Of a DNA stretch of 64,000 bases, positions 1 to 19,930 are shown in pieces. This DNA is from Gordius albopunctatus (lineage: Eukaryota), in contig OZ193909.1 of NCBI GenBank assembly GCA_964276515.1, positions 17,360,001-17,424,000 on the forward strand, given 5' to 3'. The translations under genes and the position numbers were made by a program. The first letter of the stretch is position 1; the number at the start of each line of letters is the position of its first letter. The notes under the pieces are model-generated. The model searched no databases. It worked only from the letters and a program-made list of their open reading frames with translations, and was not told where the DNA came from.

Positions 1-238
1 ATAAACACCACGTTTTTTATAATTCTCGCTTACCTTCGCCCTATAACTTTTTTTCTATTTAATTCGAAAAATGCATCGACAATTTAATTTTACTCATAAA
101 TGCGATTTCCTTTTTTGATTATTCTGTCGTTTACATAATCTTTTTTGAAAAATTTAGGATTTGCAATTGAAATTGTGGCAAAAATTGAATTAATTTTCCA
201 TTACCTTTAATTATTATTACATCTAAATTGAATTTTAG

Positions 239-1100
239 ATGTGCCGAATGCGGGAAACAAGTTAGTCAGACTGGATTACAGGCTAGAATGGGACAAGGCA
301 TTTCGTAATTACCTCGTAAATTTGGACTCTAAAAAACCGGTTATCGCTTGTGGTGATTTTAACGTAGCCCACGAAGAAATTGGTATGAAATCTTGGCTAA
401 AATTGCAATTTTTATATTAGATTCTCAAAAATATTTATTTTGTTGGCCAATTCAGACCTCAAAAATCCTAAAACCAATCGCAAGAGCGCAGGTTTTACCC
501 AAGAAGAGAGAGATAGTTTTACGGAACTTTTAAAATCGGGGTTTACTGACACCTTTAGACATTTTTACCCCGACTTAAAGGATCAATACACCTACTGGAG
601 CTATAAATTCAACGCCCGATTCAAAAATATTGGATGGTAATTTGTCAGATATACGTTTTTGTTGTTGTTGGAATTATTGTTTTGATTTGATAAAAATTTA
701 ACCGATTAATTGCTTACACTATTTAGATGTGATTATTTTGAAAATTTTAGAGCGTTTTTGTGGCTTTAAAATTGAGTTGGTAAACTAAAGTGTATTGATA
801 AGAAGGATGTCTAAATGAATTTTTTAAGTATGACTATAAGGTTAAAATCACATTTACTCTAATGGCAACCCCAATATTCATAAACTCTGCGATTTGAAAT
901 GATATCCTAGAATCCAATGGAAATAATGAATCTAAATTATTTTGAGTCATTTTATTAATAAATCGTTTGTTTTCGATAGGCGACTGGACTATTTCCTAGT
1001 ATCAAATCGTCTGCTTCCCCACGTTTGTGATAACGTTATTCGCAAAGAAATATATGGTAGTGACCATTGCCCTATAACCCTCTTCTTAGATATGGACTAA
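239..1100 (+). CDS. APEX1: AP endonuclease (ExoIII/APE1 family), last three exons 239-382, 456-636, 980-1100; 5' part lies upstream of the window
   Basis: Spliced translation gives YVPNAG..., [41 protein letters not shown] and GSDHCPITL, all APE1 signature motifs. GT-AG junctions keep the frame; TAA at 1098-1100. Confidence 0.96.
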
Positions 1101-1363
1101 AGTTTTATTTTATCAATTTCTTTGTAATATATGTTACTATTTTGATCATTTTGTATCTTATATTATTGAAATTTATCTGTTTTTTCTATTAAAATGTGAT
1201 GATAATGTTTTAAATCAATTGTTCCCTGTTGGATGGAACTTTTCAAAAAATTATAACATGAATCCCCTTTAAAGCTGTTTTATTAATATTCATGCGCATG
1301 TATTTTTCCAAAACAATTAAAATCGTCGTTACAAATTAGGCTTACACATGGAGATGAAACAGT

Positions 1364-3491
1364 TCAAGGGCGAGCGTGCTTATAAGCGTTTAACAATAAA
1401 TTTCTTAGGTAAGGCGATAATTCCAAAAAATTTGACGACGTTTGAAAGCAATAATTAAGTTGAGGCGCCGTCATGGTATGAAATTTAATGAATCTCATCA
1501 CTTTTTCGATGTGAAATAAGCGACGGGGGAAATCGTTTTTGATCCAGGCTAAAGCCAAATCGAATAGCTTAATTTCATCTCTGTCCGGCATAAAATAGTC
1601 TTGACCCAAAAATTGGCATACCTCTTGCACTTCTCTGTCCACCAAAAATGCATTATCTCGTGGCTGACCACGATGCTGGTATCTATTCTTAAAAGAGTCC
1701 TCAGGTTCGGTACCAAAATGTGCCTTACCTTTGAGTTGCGGTTTTATGTCTGCCAATTTAAGCTTGGACAAATGTATTACGGGGGCCGTGTGCCTATACC
1801 TCTCCTCTTCAGCACTGTAACGTGTATTTTATACGATATATAAGTTTGGTTATAATATTGGGATAGTTTTATACACTCGCTCTCCCCTCTAAATTCAAAA
1901 AATCCTTCAAATTTAATATAATTATGGCTTGAATTTCAAAATATTATCATCCTACCCCTCCCTAAATCATTGTTGGCCCCCTCTGGTCCCAATCCTGGCT
2001 ACGTCCATGTTTTTATCTATTGTCAAAATGTAACGTGATAACTATGCTTTTTAGATAGATTGATTACCTCGAGAAGAGTGTAGTATTTTAGCAACCCTAA
2101 ATAATCTTCAATAAGCCTTAGCTTGATAACTTATAATTTAAATTTTTGGTCAACAATAATATTAAATATCCCTTTTGTTAAACATTCTACTTAAAGTCCA
2201 GTGTTATGATTTTAAATCTTAGCTAAAATTATGTAGATCGTTTTAAATTACTCGACCTTGTCGTGTCTACTTGTTGCGGCATCGTTAGAGGAAATGAATG
2301 CTTTTGATATATGTCCGAGTATAAATTTAGAAATTTCACTAATTCGCCCATTTCTAAAATCTTGGCCGACCTCATTAATTCATCCGCCGCTTTGCCCGGC
2401 ATCAAACTTATTCTGCCGGAATAAACGTAAAGTAATATGTCGGCCAAAATGTCCTCCCCTATTTTAAGACCAGGGAGTAAAGTGTATATGTATGGTTGAG
2501 CTTCTGTTGCCTCTAATTGAAAGGGTAAGTGACGATCTATATAACCACAAAATTGTCGCACTATGATGGAATGGACGGGAAAGTGTATATCTTTGCTCAC
2601 GATTTCCATATCAAATTTACCCTTGTCCCTTGCGAATCTTAAGTATTTCATTACGTCTTTCTCCTTTTCTACTGTCGGGGTCGTTTGACTAGGTACCTCT
2701 AGGCATGTCTTTTTGTCAATTTTGGAACTATCCGTAGTACTCGATGCCGGTACTTTTTGATTTTCCAAACTCTGACATTTTTGCAGTATGTATGGAATTT
2801 TAAGCTTTTCCCCAGCTTCCTTAAGTCTTTCTATGTCTGAAGCATCGGTTATTTTTAACTCTGAGGTGTATAGGAATCTTAAAATCAATCTTAGGGTCGG
2901 ACCACTTATGTGATAATCGGTGCCTAGTGGTACCTCCTTGATCGTTGGATTTTGAGACAATGTCTTAGCAAATATTTCACTGTTAAAATATATGAATTAA
3001 TATTTGATATCAAGATACTATTTTAACATTTACCGTAATGGGTATTTATAGTAATTTTAATTCGATATAGCAGCTTTTTAACCTTTTGATTTGATTAGAG
3101 ATCTACTTAAATACATTGTATTGTTTCCTATTAGATCAATAATATTCATTTAGTGAATTAGAATTAATCAACATTTTTTTAAGACTTCTTTATTATCTTT
3201 ATAGCATCATTAATTATTATTACCAAGAAAACAGATTATGCAAATACAAATCTATAATCCCTATGAATTCTACTATGTTTTATACTGGTAATAAGAAAGA
3301 TATAATAAATTATTTGAACAGCTAAAAAGTTATATAGATTCAAACCTGTAGGTTGCTAAAATTATTTTGTGGCAAGATATTTTTTCTTTATCTAAGATAA
3401 TACTAATATCTGGATCGTATATTTGTCCGTCATCACCATATTCACAGCAAAAAACTTTAGTTTTAATCTCTGATTTTAAATTACTTTTCAT
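1364..3491 (-). CDS. BTB/POZ x2 + BACK-like domain protein, ~439 aa; exons 3491-3346, 2979-2257, 1814-1364
   Basis: BTB motifs DISIILDKEKISCHKIILATYSEIF...LILRFLYTSEL and DMEIVSKDIHFPVHSIIV...ILLYVYSGRI; BACK-like DEIKLFDLALAWIKND...VMRFIKF. The exons join in frame via GT-AG (total 1320 nt). Start codon uncertain. Confidence 0.8.
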
Positions 3492-3818
3492 AACAACATT
3501 AATTGCATAATATTTCGATTGTTGCAAACATCAATTCTTATTAAGTTGTTATTTTAATGTGAGTAAAACTTATAAATCTTAATTATATTTACTAGGTTTT
3601 ATCGCAATTTTAATATTAAAAATATAATGTTCGTTTATTTTGTTAAACCTCATTGATCTTTAATATTGTGCAATTGTTATAATCTAGCTCAAAGATTTAA
3701 TTTGAATCATTAAATTAAGATTATTGCTCTCTCTTATGAAATATTTATTTATGCGGCGTCAGTTATATGAGAACACTTATCGACTCATTTGAGAAATTGA
3801 TTCTCGAACTACGTTTAA

Positions 3819-6612
3819 TCTATATATATAAAAATCTAAGTCCCGTTTTTTTGTAGGCCAATAACTTTTAGAGTTCTTAACCGATTGCCACCAAATTTGG
3901 CCAGATTATTGCCTTATCATTGTAGATGGTTTATAGATACTTTTTATCAAGCTGCGACAGCGGGAACCATGTTTTTAAATTTGGTTGGCGCCATCTAGCG
4001 GATAATTTATACTGCGTTGTTTGTACTTATTTATCGTTATGGTTCTACTTTTTGCCTTAAACTTTTTTCCACGATTGCTTTATCATTTGTGTCTCAATTT
4101 TTTACTCAACTACGCCCGTTTTTTTTACAATATATAAATCTGTAACCAATAAATATTCTAGATACCGTAATACATCACCATATACTTAAATAAATATAAC
4201 GCGCGCTTGTAGAAACGTTCCCACGTTTCGTGATTTTTTTCCATTTTTACGAAGTTCGAAGTAATATTTTCACATTCCCACGTTTGTGATCTGTGACAAG
4301 AATCCATATATTTAATACAATTAAAGTAACATTTGCACATTCACACGTTTGTGATCTGTGACAGGATAGGGTAAGTTTATCATATTTAAAATCCATATAT
4401 TTAATATAATTAAATTTTCATGGCAATGCAATGCCATCTTAAATGCTAATTTCATATTTATATCTTTTTAATATCCCAAAATGAAATAGCCGTGGCTCTT
4501 GCATCTTCCGGAATAGCTGCGACATTGTTGCCTGGTGGTAAAACTGCACATTTTCCTTTAAAATTGCCTTTAAACATTCATTATAGTGAAACTCCCATGT
4601 GCAACGTTTCACGAGCATCTGGAATGGTTAAAGTATTAGAAAGGTGCAAACTTATCGTGTAGGATGAATGCACAATGGCCCATAAAAAATCGTTCGAAGC
4701 TTTAGATCGTTCTTTGCAAGATTTGCGGCGCGATTCCAGATCTTTTGGTGGCGCATTTTTATTACTTGCAGGAGATTTTAGGCAAACTTTACCAGTGCTT
4801 CCTCGATTAACCACTGCTGACGAGATCAATGCTTGCTTTAAATATTCTATTTTGTGGCCTTACGTCAAAACCTTAAATTTAACTACTAATATGCGTGTAG
4901 TGTTACAAAATAAACAAGCATGTGAGTTATTCTCCCATCAATTGCTAGAAATTGGAAACGGAACCGTGCCCGTTGATATAAACTCAGGACGGATTTCATT
5001 TCCTACAAACTTATGTCAATTTGTGCCTTCCAAAACAGCTTTGTTGGAAAACGTTTTTCCAAATATTAACACCCATTATCTAGATCCAATTTGACTCTGT
5101 CAACGGGCAATTCTCGCCCCAAAGAATAAAAACGTCCACGAACTTAACAATCTAATTCTGTCTACCATTCACAGCAGTCCTGTCACCTGTAAGTCGGTTG
5201 ACACTGTTGTTAGTGATGATGATGCTGTTAATTATCTGATCGAATTTTAAAATTCGCTAGATCTTCCAGGCGTACCACCACACGCTTTGCATTTGAAAAT
5301 TGGGGGTACCGATTATCATATTGCGCAATATTAATCAGCCAAAAATTTGCAATGGCACACGTCTTGCTATTAAACGCTTAATGTGCAACGTTGTTGAGGC
5401 CACGATTTTGACTGGACCTTTCACGGGAGAAGATGTCTTCATACCACGGATCCCTTTAATTCCAACAGATATGCCCTTTGAATTTAAAAGATTGCAATTT
5501 CCTTTCAAACTCGCATTTTCTATAACCATTAACAAAGCTCAAGGCCAGTCCCTTGAATTTTGTGGAATCGATTTAGAAACAGATCGCTTCTCACATGGAC
5601 AATTATATGTTGCATGTTCGCGCGTCGGCAATTCACTAAATCTCTATATATACACAGAAAATAACATGACCAAAAATATTGTCTATCCCCAAGCATTATA
5701 GCAATTTGTTCCTTTCTAAGGCAGAAGTTAAGCTGCGAAGCATCTCTTACCCGAACCTACAACCCTCTTTATAACGCCTCACTACTTTTCTAAAGTTAGT
5801 GTCATTTCTATTTATCCACTTATAACTTTTAGCAATTACCATCAAAGCCCATTGATTTTATATTTCTTTTAGCATTTCTCCCCTTTTTATTACGCCAGAG
5901 TATTATAACCAAATTTGACGAGACATTCACAAGAAGATATAATACTGTACGTGTATTACCTTATTCTTCATAAGACCTATGTAGGGGTTTTAGCCTACTT
6001 TGTTCTAACTAAAGGAACTTTATTAATATCAAACCAAAAGATACAATATAATGATTCGATCGCTACGCATTAGTTATATACCATCTATCGAAGTTAATAT
6101 ACATAACTCGTAAGGTAGTTGGGGGCTATTCAAATTATAATCATTATGAATAGAATAAGGAGGAGTATGAATAGTGTGTATTCATCGAGTAAGAAGGGAT
6201 GTGAACAACGCGATATCTAAATTATAAAGGTACCACTATTCTAATTAGGTAATACCATACCTATCATTGATTTACCCTTTATCCATCAACTTTCCCTTGC
6301 AGGTTTTATTTTACTATTTACATCATTTTTTACATTATACTTTCACCCAAAATCTTCATGCAGCTCTTTATTACCCATACTTATTATAATTTTTTTATAT
6401 TTTAATGCTTATATACTCTTATAAGCATTTATAAATATTTTATATCGCTCTTAAATTAATATTATGGATATTTATTTGCATTAGCATTCGGACCTTTCAC
6501 ATTATAAATTATTTCATATATGACCCCATTTTAGATAAGTCTTATTAATAGGTTATACTTATTTAACCACTTAAGGACTGAGCCAAAGCAACGCTTGGCC
6601 GGGCACAGCTAG
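3819..6612 (+). mobile_element. Non-autonomous Helitron (copy 1), both termini present, carrying a disrupted PIF1 helicase C-terminal fragment
   Basis: A|TC at 3818/3819 and CTAG|T at 6609-6613, subterminal hairpin GCCAAAGCAACGCTTGGC, no TSD. PIF1 motifs GDFRQTLPV and TINKAQGQS with stops and a frameshift (~4490-5701). Confidence 0.93.
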
Positions 6613-6912
6613 TTAATAATATATGATTAAAGGGAAAAACGGCCATAGGAGCTTTAGATTAAATATCACAAGAAAATAAAAAAGATTAATTATAGAAACC
6701 TTATTTAGCCGGAAGTATTCCGAAAGGTCTGCCTTAAAAAATAAATTAAGATAAAGAGAGATGAAGATAATCTTAATAGGCTGACAAAAATGCGTTGTTG
6801 TTGGGTTTTTTATGTAATGTATAATTTATAACCTAGGAATTTGTAAAAGTACCCATAAATTACCACATAGCTATGATCTGAATGACCCTGGAAGTTTTCC
6901 AGCTGTTCACAT

Positions 6913-13358
<6,446 letters not shown>

Positions 13359-13479
13359 AGCATATACAAATACACAATGATATATATTTATTTATATTTA
13401 TACACGTATTGTGATTATTTACACATTTATTTATAACGATTCAGTTATATTGTCTATAACAAATAGGGAAAAATAAATT

Positions 13480-14702
13480 TTAAACAAGTAACACAGCATT
13501 GATGCATCCATCATTTTCAGGGACATTTGTTACTTGTGCATATTTTCCTGTAAATAAATTTAAGATGAGAAAGATATTTATAAATTTTGTTGAATGTAAA
13601 ATAATTTTTATAATTTATTTATATTAAGTATTTGTAAGATCATTTTTGTGTCAAAAAATCTTAATATTTAAAAATTAATCACAATAAAGTTGTCAAATAT
13701 AAATGTAATAAGTATTATTAATTTCATCAAAATTTGGGATGATATTTTACCCCAAACTATTTTTCCACCCTGTGTTACCAATCCAAGTTCACTAACATTA
13801 ACTTCAATAATTGTGCCTTTGGTTATAACCCCTAATGATGTGTAGAGTGGAGATGTTGGGTTCTTTTTTACCCCAATTATAGGTAATTGAAAAGTAGCTT
13901 TAAGCTCTGGATGTGTTACGTGTGCCTTGTTAAATCTTAAGCCCGAAGGTCTTATGAAACGTTCAAATTTAGGTGGTTTACGTGTGAAGTTCTCACCAAC
14001 ATAACAAACTTTAGTTACCATTCTTTTCCATGCCTTTTCTATTTAAAAATTACCAAAAAGATGTGAGGAAACATAAAAGTTTTAATAACTATTATTCTAA
14101 AATTTAAGGTACAAAATATAATTTGCGCACACAATAAATATGAAGAATATCTATAAATTAAGAAAATATAACCACAACTATTGATGACATACTTTTGGAT
14201 TTTCCTGTCCTTATAACTTTAAAAACTTCTTTTTCTGAAATGCCTTTAACTTTTGGAAGGTGGACATCCCATTTACCCTAAAAATATTATGGAATGATCA
14301 AATTTAAACTTACAGCCTTTTCTTTCCTTTTCTGCTTTATCATGTTTGATAAAACTTTAGATGTGCTTTGATTTTGTGCTTCACGATCAAGCAAATATGC
14401 AGGTAAAGCACCTTTTGGAGTATTCGCCACATCTTTATTTTTATTCTTAGTTTGCTTCAATTGATGTGATTTTAAGGTTTTTTGCAATGCAATCTTTTCC
14501 GCGTGTAGTTTTTTATTATAAAACTTCGCTTTTAATCCCTTAAGTTTTTTAGCTTTTTGCGCTCTAGTATGTCCTTCTCTAGCTTCACGTTTTCTTTTTC
14601 GTTCTTCATAATCAAATCTTCGTCCATGCTCTTTTCTAAACCTTTCAATGTATTCGTTTTGGGGCTAAAAATATATAATTTAAAATTTTTAATATTTACC
14701 AT
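13480..14702 (-). CDS. NSA2: Ribosome biogenesis protein NSA2; exons 14702-14700 (ATG only), 14664-14314, 14277-14193, 14038-13751, 13547-13480
   Basis: MPQNEYIE...[12 protein letters not shown]...[11 protein letters not shown]...[35 protein letters not shown]...[28 protein letters not shown] junctions in frame. Confidence 0.97.
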
Positions 14703-16302
14703 TAGCACATGAAACGAATTACGGTATTAAGACAAAAAACAAAATTATGAAAAATGTCTCAACGATATCTAGTATATCTAAATTTTATTTAAATAGATCC
14801 CCTAATTATTAATAATTCACACAAAGTCATCGGTTTATTAACAATCAGAATAATCAAAAATAGGCCGAGCTTTTTTGATATGCCAATTTGAATCCAATTT
14901 TTATGAAGATGCCAAATATTTTCATTTTAACAATGTTACACAAAAATGGATAGCAGAATGTACTGCTATATCAACAATAATAAGAACAAATAGCTTTAAA
15001 TATCTCTTAAGTCTATATCTTTTGCTAGATTTATAATGGCTTTTTGCAAAATGTTTTAACGGTGATGTAATGCAATAGAGCTGTTAACGCTATTTTTCGA
15101 GTAACGTATTGTTTAGATAGCAACTTGAGAGCTACCGCTCTTCATTTCAATAAAGTATTGATCTAGATTTAGAAATAAATCCTATATATTGTTTTCTTCT
15201 ATTCCATTTAATTAGACCTTTAAAATAAATTTTAATCCATCCAGCAGACCTATTAAAGAACACAAAATATTTTGACCCTGTCTTTTCCAATGCTGAACAT
15301 TTTTAATTGAACTCTAAAAAATCAAAGCCAGAAACAAAAGCCATAAATAAAAAAAATAAAAAAATTGTAGATTGTTTAGTTATATAGTATTTTGTTTAGA
15401 ATTTCAAACTCGAAACTATAGATTAAATATGGAATAAAATATTTAAAATAGAAATAGCTTTTCTTTTAAACGCTACACTGGAAAAAGCGCATTATGAACA
15501 CTCGTTTGTTATCGCTACTTTATAATTGTATAAAATTGTGCGAACTGCTCTGATTTAAAGAATATCTATGGATGTTAGGTACAATAATTTTTTTTATTCA
15601 TTTTGGGTTATTAAAAGGCGCTTAAATTAAAACAGAAAATTTATATGGGAAATCCAAGTAATGCATAATTTTTGGCTACTATACAATTTTTACAACTTTT
15701 GTACAGCGCTTTCCAGGAACGTTGGAAAGTGTTTTAATAGGTAAATTCATTTTAGCATTTAATTATTATAAATATATAAATCTTAAATAAACCACAATCG
15801 GTTTTTACAATCACGTCCCGCGCTTAACATATATTTTTAAGGATGGACTCATGATTTTGCCTTAATTTTCTCAATATAGTAATTGAATATCTTGTCAAAA
15901 ACCATTACTAGAGCCCTGTAAGAGTAGTTAAAACGTTGGGAGATAATTTAATAAAAATTACAGCTTAAGTAGGCCCGAAGGCAAGTTTTAGTTAACAAAC
16001 CATAAAAATGTCCTTTCTCCATACACACAGTATTTTATCTAACCTACCCTATGCAAAATATCGTTTTCTGTTCTACTTTTTTAAGGTTTTTGATTAAAAT
16101 TCTATATATTTTCCTTAAAATTATTTTGGGCTAAAAAACTTGGACTTGACAATAATTTCCCAAAACTTTACCATAATTTTATTGCCTGATCCCTGCTTAA
16201 TAAACCATCCAGCAGGATGTTGCCCTTATAAGTTAAATTATTTTAGTTAAGAGTGTTATGCTTTTAATATAACAATCCTCAATTACAGTCTAACGTATAG
16301 CA

Positions 16303-17115
16303 TGTTATAAAATCACAAAAGTGCTAATGTACAATTATGATAATATTATCATTATATAAGCACATATTATAAAGGATACAGTTCGAAGAAAATCAGTATT
16401 TTATTTATATCCGAGAAACTGCTAATGTTAGGTTGATAGCGCATTTCACAGAAAGCGAGGGGGGGATAGTAGGAATAAACCAACCATTACATCCTCTTCT
16501 TCTAGACAGCTTTCTCCGACCCGAGTGTTGACTTTTCTCAGCTCGGTCTTCGGACCTGAGTTTCTGACAAAGAGCAGACTTTTCCTCTGGTAGATTGTTC
16601 GGGCATATGTATCAAGCGATTTTTTCGGAAGACTTAATTGGGTTCGCACGTATCTTGGGTTAACGGGATATGTCTTCTACGATCGTTTTCTCTCTCTTTT
16701 TCCCCTTTCAAGCGTGCTACAAGGGGGGGGGGGGGTGTTGTTGTTATTCAACGTGACATCAATGGCTAACGATCAACTACGTATATCATCAAGGCGTCAT
16801 TGGTTTCAGACTACTCTACCGAAAGTTTTTTCACGCAACACCGCAGTATCTCTCTTGGTTTCTTTAAACGATCTCTCAGCTAGAAGTAGACAGAAGCTCG
16901 CCAACCCAGCTTCCTCAGGTCACTCACAAATGAAACCTATTATAATATTCCCACGACACGGGTACGGATATTTCCGTTAAATTATTTCTAACGTCGCTAT
17001 ACCACACATCACAGCCATCGGCGCCTGGGTGGTATAACTTCTTATCGAACAACGTGCAATGTTCCGGTAACCAACCCACTCGCCATCAACAAAATTCATT
17101 ATAGCGATTAAAGTT
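16303..17115 (-). mobile_element. ~800-bp solo-LTR-like repeat, copy 1 (copy 2 at 39669-40440)
   Basis: Long colinear similarity to 39669-40440. On the minus strand it has AATAAA near the end and terminates ...TATAACA. No conserved coding signature. Confidence 0.6.
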
Positions 17116-18319
17116 CATTAAGCCATTATGATATATGAAAATTTACTTCAAGAACACTTTTAAAGTTTAAAAATATTAACTCGTAATTCTATTTATGGTT
17201 AATATTATAAAATCTTTAAAAATATATCATTCAGACTTAACTATTTACTAGAGTGTTTAAAGTTTGTCAAACAGCTACAAAAAGGAGCTGCTACCAGTGC
17301 ATAATTCCCTCATTTAAAGTCATATAATCCTTTAACACTTAGTAGTTTGAGTCAAAAATGCTAACAATGATGGTATTTGGGGTCATAATTCCCTAAACTT
17401 TAAAAGCTATAACTTAGATGTTTAATAATATAAACTTGTCAAATTTGAAAGAATAATATCTCAACTCCTATACGTTCATTAATATATTAATATGGCTATT
17501 TGATCAAGTGGTTTAAATTTTATACCTATAATTAGAGCAACCCCAAAATTTTTCCCCTAACGAATATTTTGGCTCATATCAAAAAAATATTTTATTTTAT
17601 GGTTTAATCCATAAGATTATATAAAAGAAGGTTGAAACTATAAATATCGAAAATTTGGTAAAAAATAATCTAAAAACAAAGAAAATAGAGATGTTCTAAA
17701 TTAGGCAATTTTCGGCCTTTTATTTTAAAAAGTTACTATTGGTCTCAACTCATATTGTTATAAATTTAAATATTATTTTATAAATTTTTTATACATATAC
17801 ATAATAAAATATAAACCAGGGGCTTCGCCCCTGGTAGGAAGAAGGAGGGGGGGTAGGGATGGGAAAGGGAGGGCAGGAGAGAAGGAGGAACGAAACACAT
17901 CTATACTCCGTATAAATGTACCATATTTGCTATGCAATTTATGGGCGAGAAAGTTGGGATGGGGCGAGAATGCCTATGGAGAGGGTAGAAATTGCAAAAT
18001 GATTAGTTATTTATAAAAATATTTAAAAACTTAAATTTTTGTAAAACCTGCTATAAAATATTTATTAATACTATATTTATTAAGGAATAGGTTTTCTTTC
18101 ATTCATTCTTATTTATCAACTTGTAAATTAATCATAAATCATAATAACGAAAAGAACGCAAATAGAGGGTATGACCTTGGAAAAGCCAATATTCATTCAA
18201 ATCATGCGCATATCTATAGTATAAACAAGATATTAAAAAACGAAAAAATTTTGCAGTTAGATATTGGCCATTGGTCAGACGGGGAAATAGCCTATAATTA
18301 TAAAATAGAAAAAGATGCG

Positions 18320-19012
18320 ATATAAAATTTGTCCAGTGGTCATTTTTTCTAATGGCCAGCAGACAGCCAAATAACTAGTCTATAATTATAATCTAGAAAA
18401 ATCTATTTCAATCTCACTTTGGCCAGTGGTCATTTTTTCTATTGATCAGTAGCCAGCAGGCTGCCAAATACTGGCCAATAATCATAATCTAGAGAAAGAA
18501 TTTTATTTTAATCTCACTTTTGACAGTAGTCTTTTATTTTATAGGTCAGTAGCCAGAAAACAGCCAAACAGCCTATATTCAAAATATAGAAAAAAATTTT
18601 GATACACTTTGGCCAATGGTCATTTTTTCCATTGGTCAGCAGCCAGGAGACGGTCAAAAAGGATATAAATATATAAGGGACAAAAAAATTTGATTTGGAC
18701 AATGGTCATTTTTTTCCATTGGTCAGCAGCCAGCGGACGGCCAAAAAGTCATTTTATCCATGGTATTAACAAGAAAAATATTTTAATTAAATAAATTAGC
18801 CCTATCCGCGATTTTAACCCACATCAGTAGAGGCATAGGCCCTTGTAGGAGGGAGGCATAGGGTAGTTAATAGTTATCAATGTTAACCAAATATAGCAAT
18901 TCAAAAAACGAGAAAAGAATTTCCATTCACATTTTGGCTAATGGTCATTTTTTTCATTGGTCAGCAGCTAGCGGACGGTCAAAAAGTCATATTATTAATG
19001 GTATTAACAAGA
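18320..19012. repeat. Degenerate tandem repeat, ~85-97 bp unit, 5-6 copies
   Basis: Recurring GGCCA(A/G)TGGTCATTTTTTC(C/T)ATTGGTCAGCAGCCAG at ~18330, 18420, 18520, 18610, 18697 and 18937. Confidence 0.85.
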
Positions 19013-19017
19013 ACAAT

Positions 19018-19345
19018 TGTAAGGATCCGTAAAAATTCCATGCGTTGATTATTATTATAATTACCTTTTTTTATCATATGAAGTGTACGATATCGCTTTT
19101 TATAACGAGTAGTCATAAAATATATTTATACTCAGCTGTATTTTTGTAGTCATTATTCTGATCTATAAAACCCCCTTACAAAATAAGCGGTTCCCTTATC
19201 CATTTTACCCTCCCTTTATCATATTGGCTCGAACTACGATATATACCGTTAGACACCACGCTATAGGCAGTTGAACCGACAATAAACTAAATACTTTTAG
19301 TCCCAACTTCCAGTCTCAAGCCTTAACATTGGTGATAGCGGTGAT
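19018..19345 (+). mobile_element. LTR remnant followed by a tRNA-Leu-type primer-binding site
   Basis: TGTAAGG...AATAAA...CCTTAACA, then TTGGTGATAGCGGTG, resembling the tRNA-Leu PBS TGGTGGCAGCGGTG. Confidence 0.55.
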
Positions 19346-19930
19346 ATAGATTTTGAGGATTTAGGGAAGGGTTGAGGCATTCATTGTAAGCGTTGTAGTG
19401 CAAGTTAAAAACGAGGCGCAGATGAAAACAGCGCCCCTCAATAACCGGAGACCGATATATGCTAAGGTGTGGGTCCGCGGTACACGAAAAGACCCAATGC
19501 AGTATAATAACGAAGCGAATGTCGCGATAATTAATACAATCACAAAGAAACATGGTGCGAATAAAAGTTTTATAACGGTTTAACAATCTAACGCTGTGTG
19601 TAATACAGATAAGGGGGTGGGGCTAGTTGTGTCCTATGTTGGAAGCCGTTTTTTTAAAAGCCAGAGAACCTTCTAGCTTGGAGGCGGCCGGAGGTGGGAT
19701 AATATCCTGTTGCTGCTGTTGTTGAGGCTGTGGCTGGTGAAAGAAATATGTAGGAGGTATTCCCGTGCTGCTGCGAGATAAAAGACAGCTCAACGTTGAA
19801 TTACCGCAACTCAATCGACTATTGCTGCTCAGGGTACCGTGGTGGGTGCCATTAGATGGATATTGTTGTTTGGGCACGTGAGTGGATATAAGGCGTTGGT
19901 TATAGTGTTAGACAATGTATAGAAAATAGT

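Noticed and set aside
2068..2096. AG/GT-bounded 29-nt candidate exon of the BTB gene (- strand)
   Set aside because: Including it shifts the frame; exons 2979-2257 and 1814-1364 join in frame without it.
4581..5535. Antisense ORFs overlapping the PIF1 fragments (mirrored at 28418-29371)
   Set aside because: Shadow ORFs of the helicase frame, shared only because the Helitron copies are recent duplicates.
14940..15300. Possible small spliced gene divergent from NSA2
   Set aside because: Some exon-like AG/GT pieces, but I could not assemble a consistent start-to-stop ORF or recognise a motif.
18320..19012. CRISPR-like regular repeats
   Set aside because: Eukaryotic context, degenerate units, inter-repeat segments similar to each other, no cas genes.
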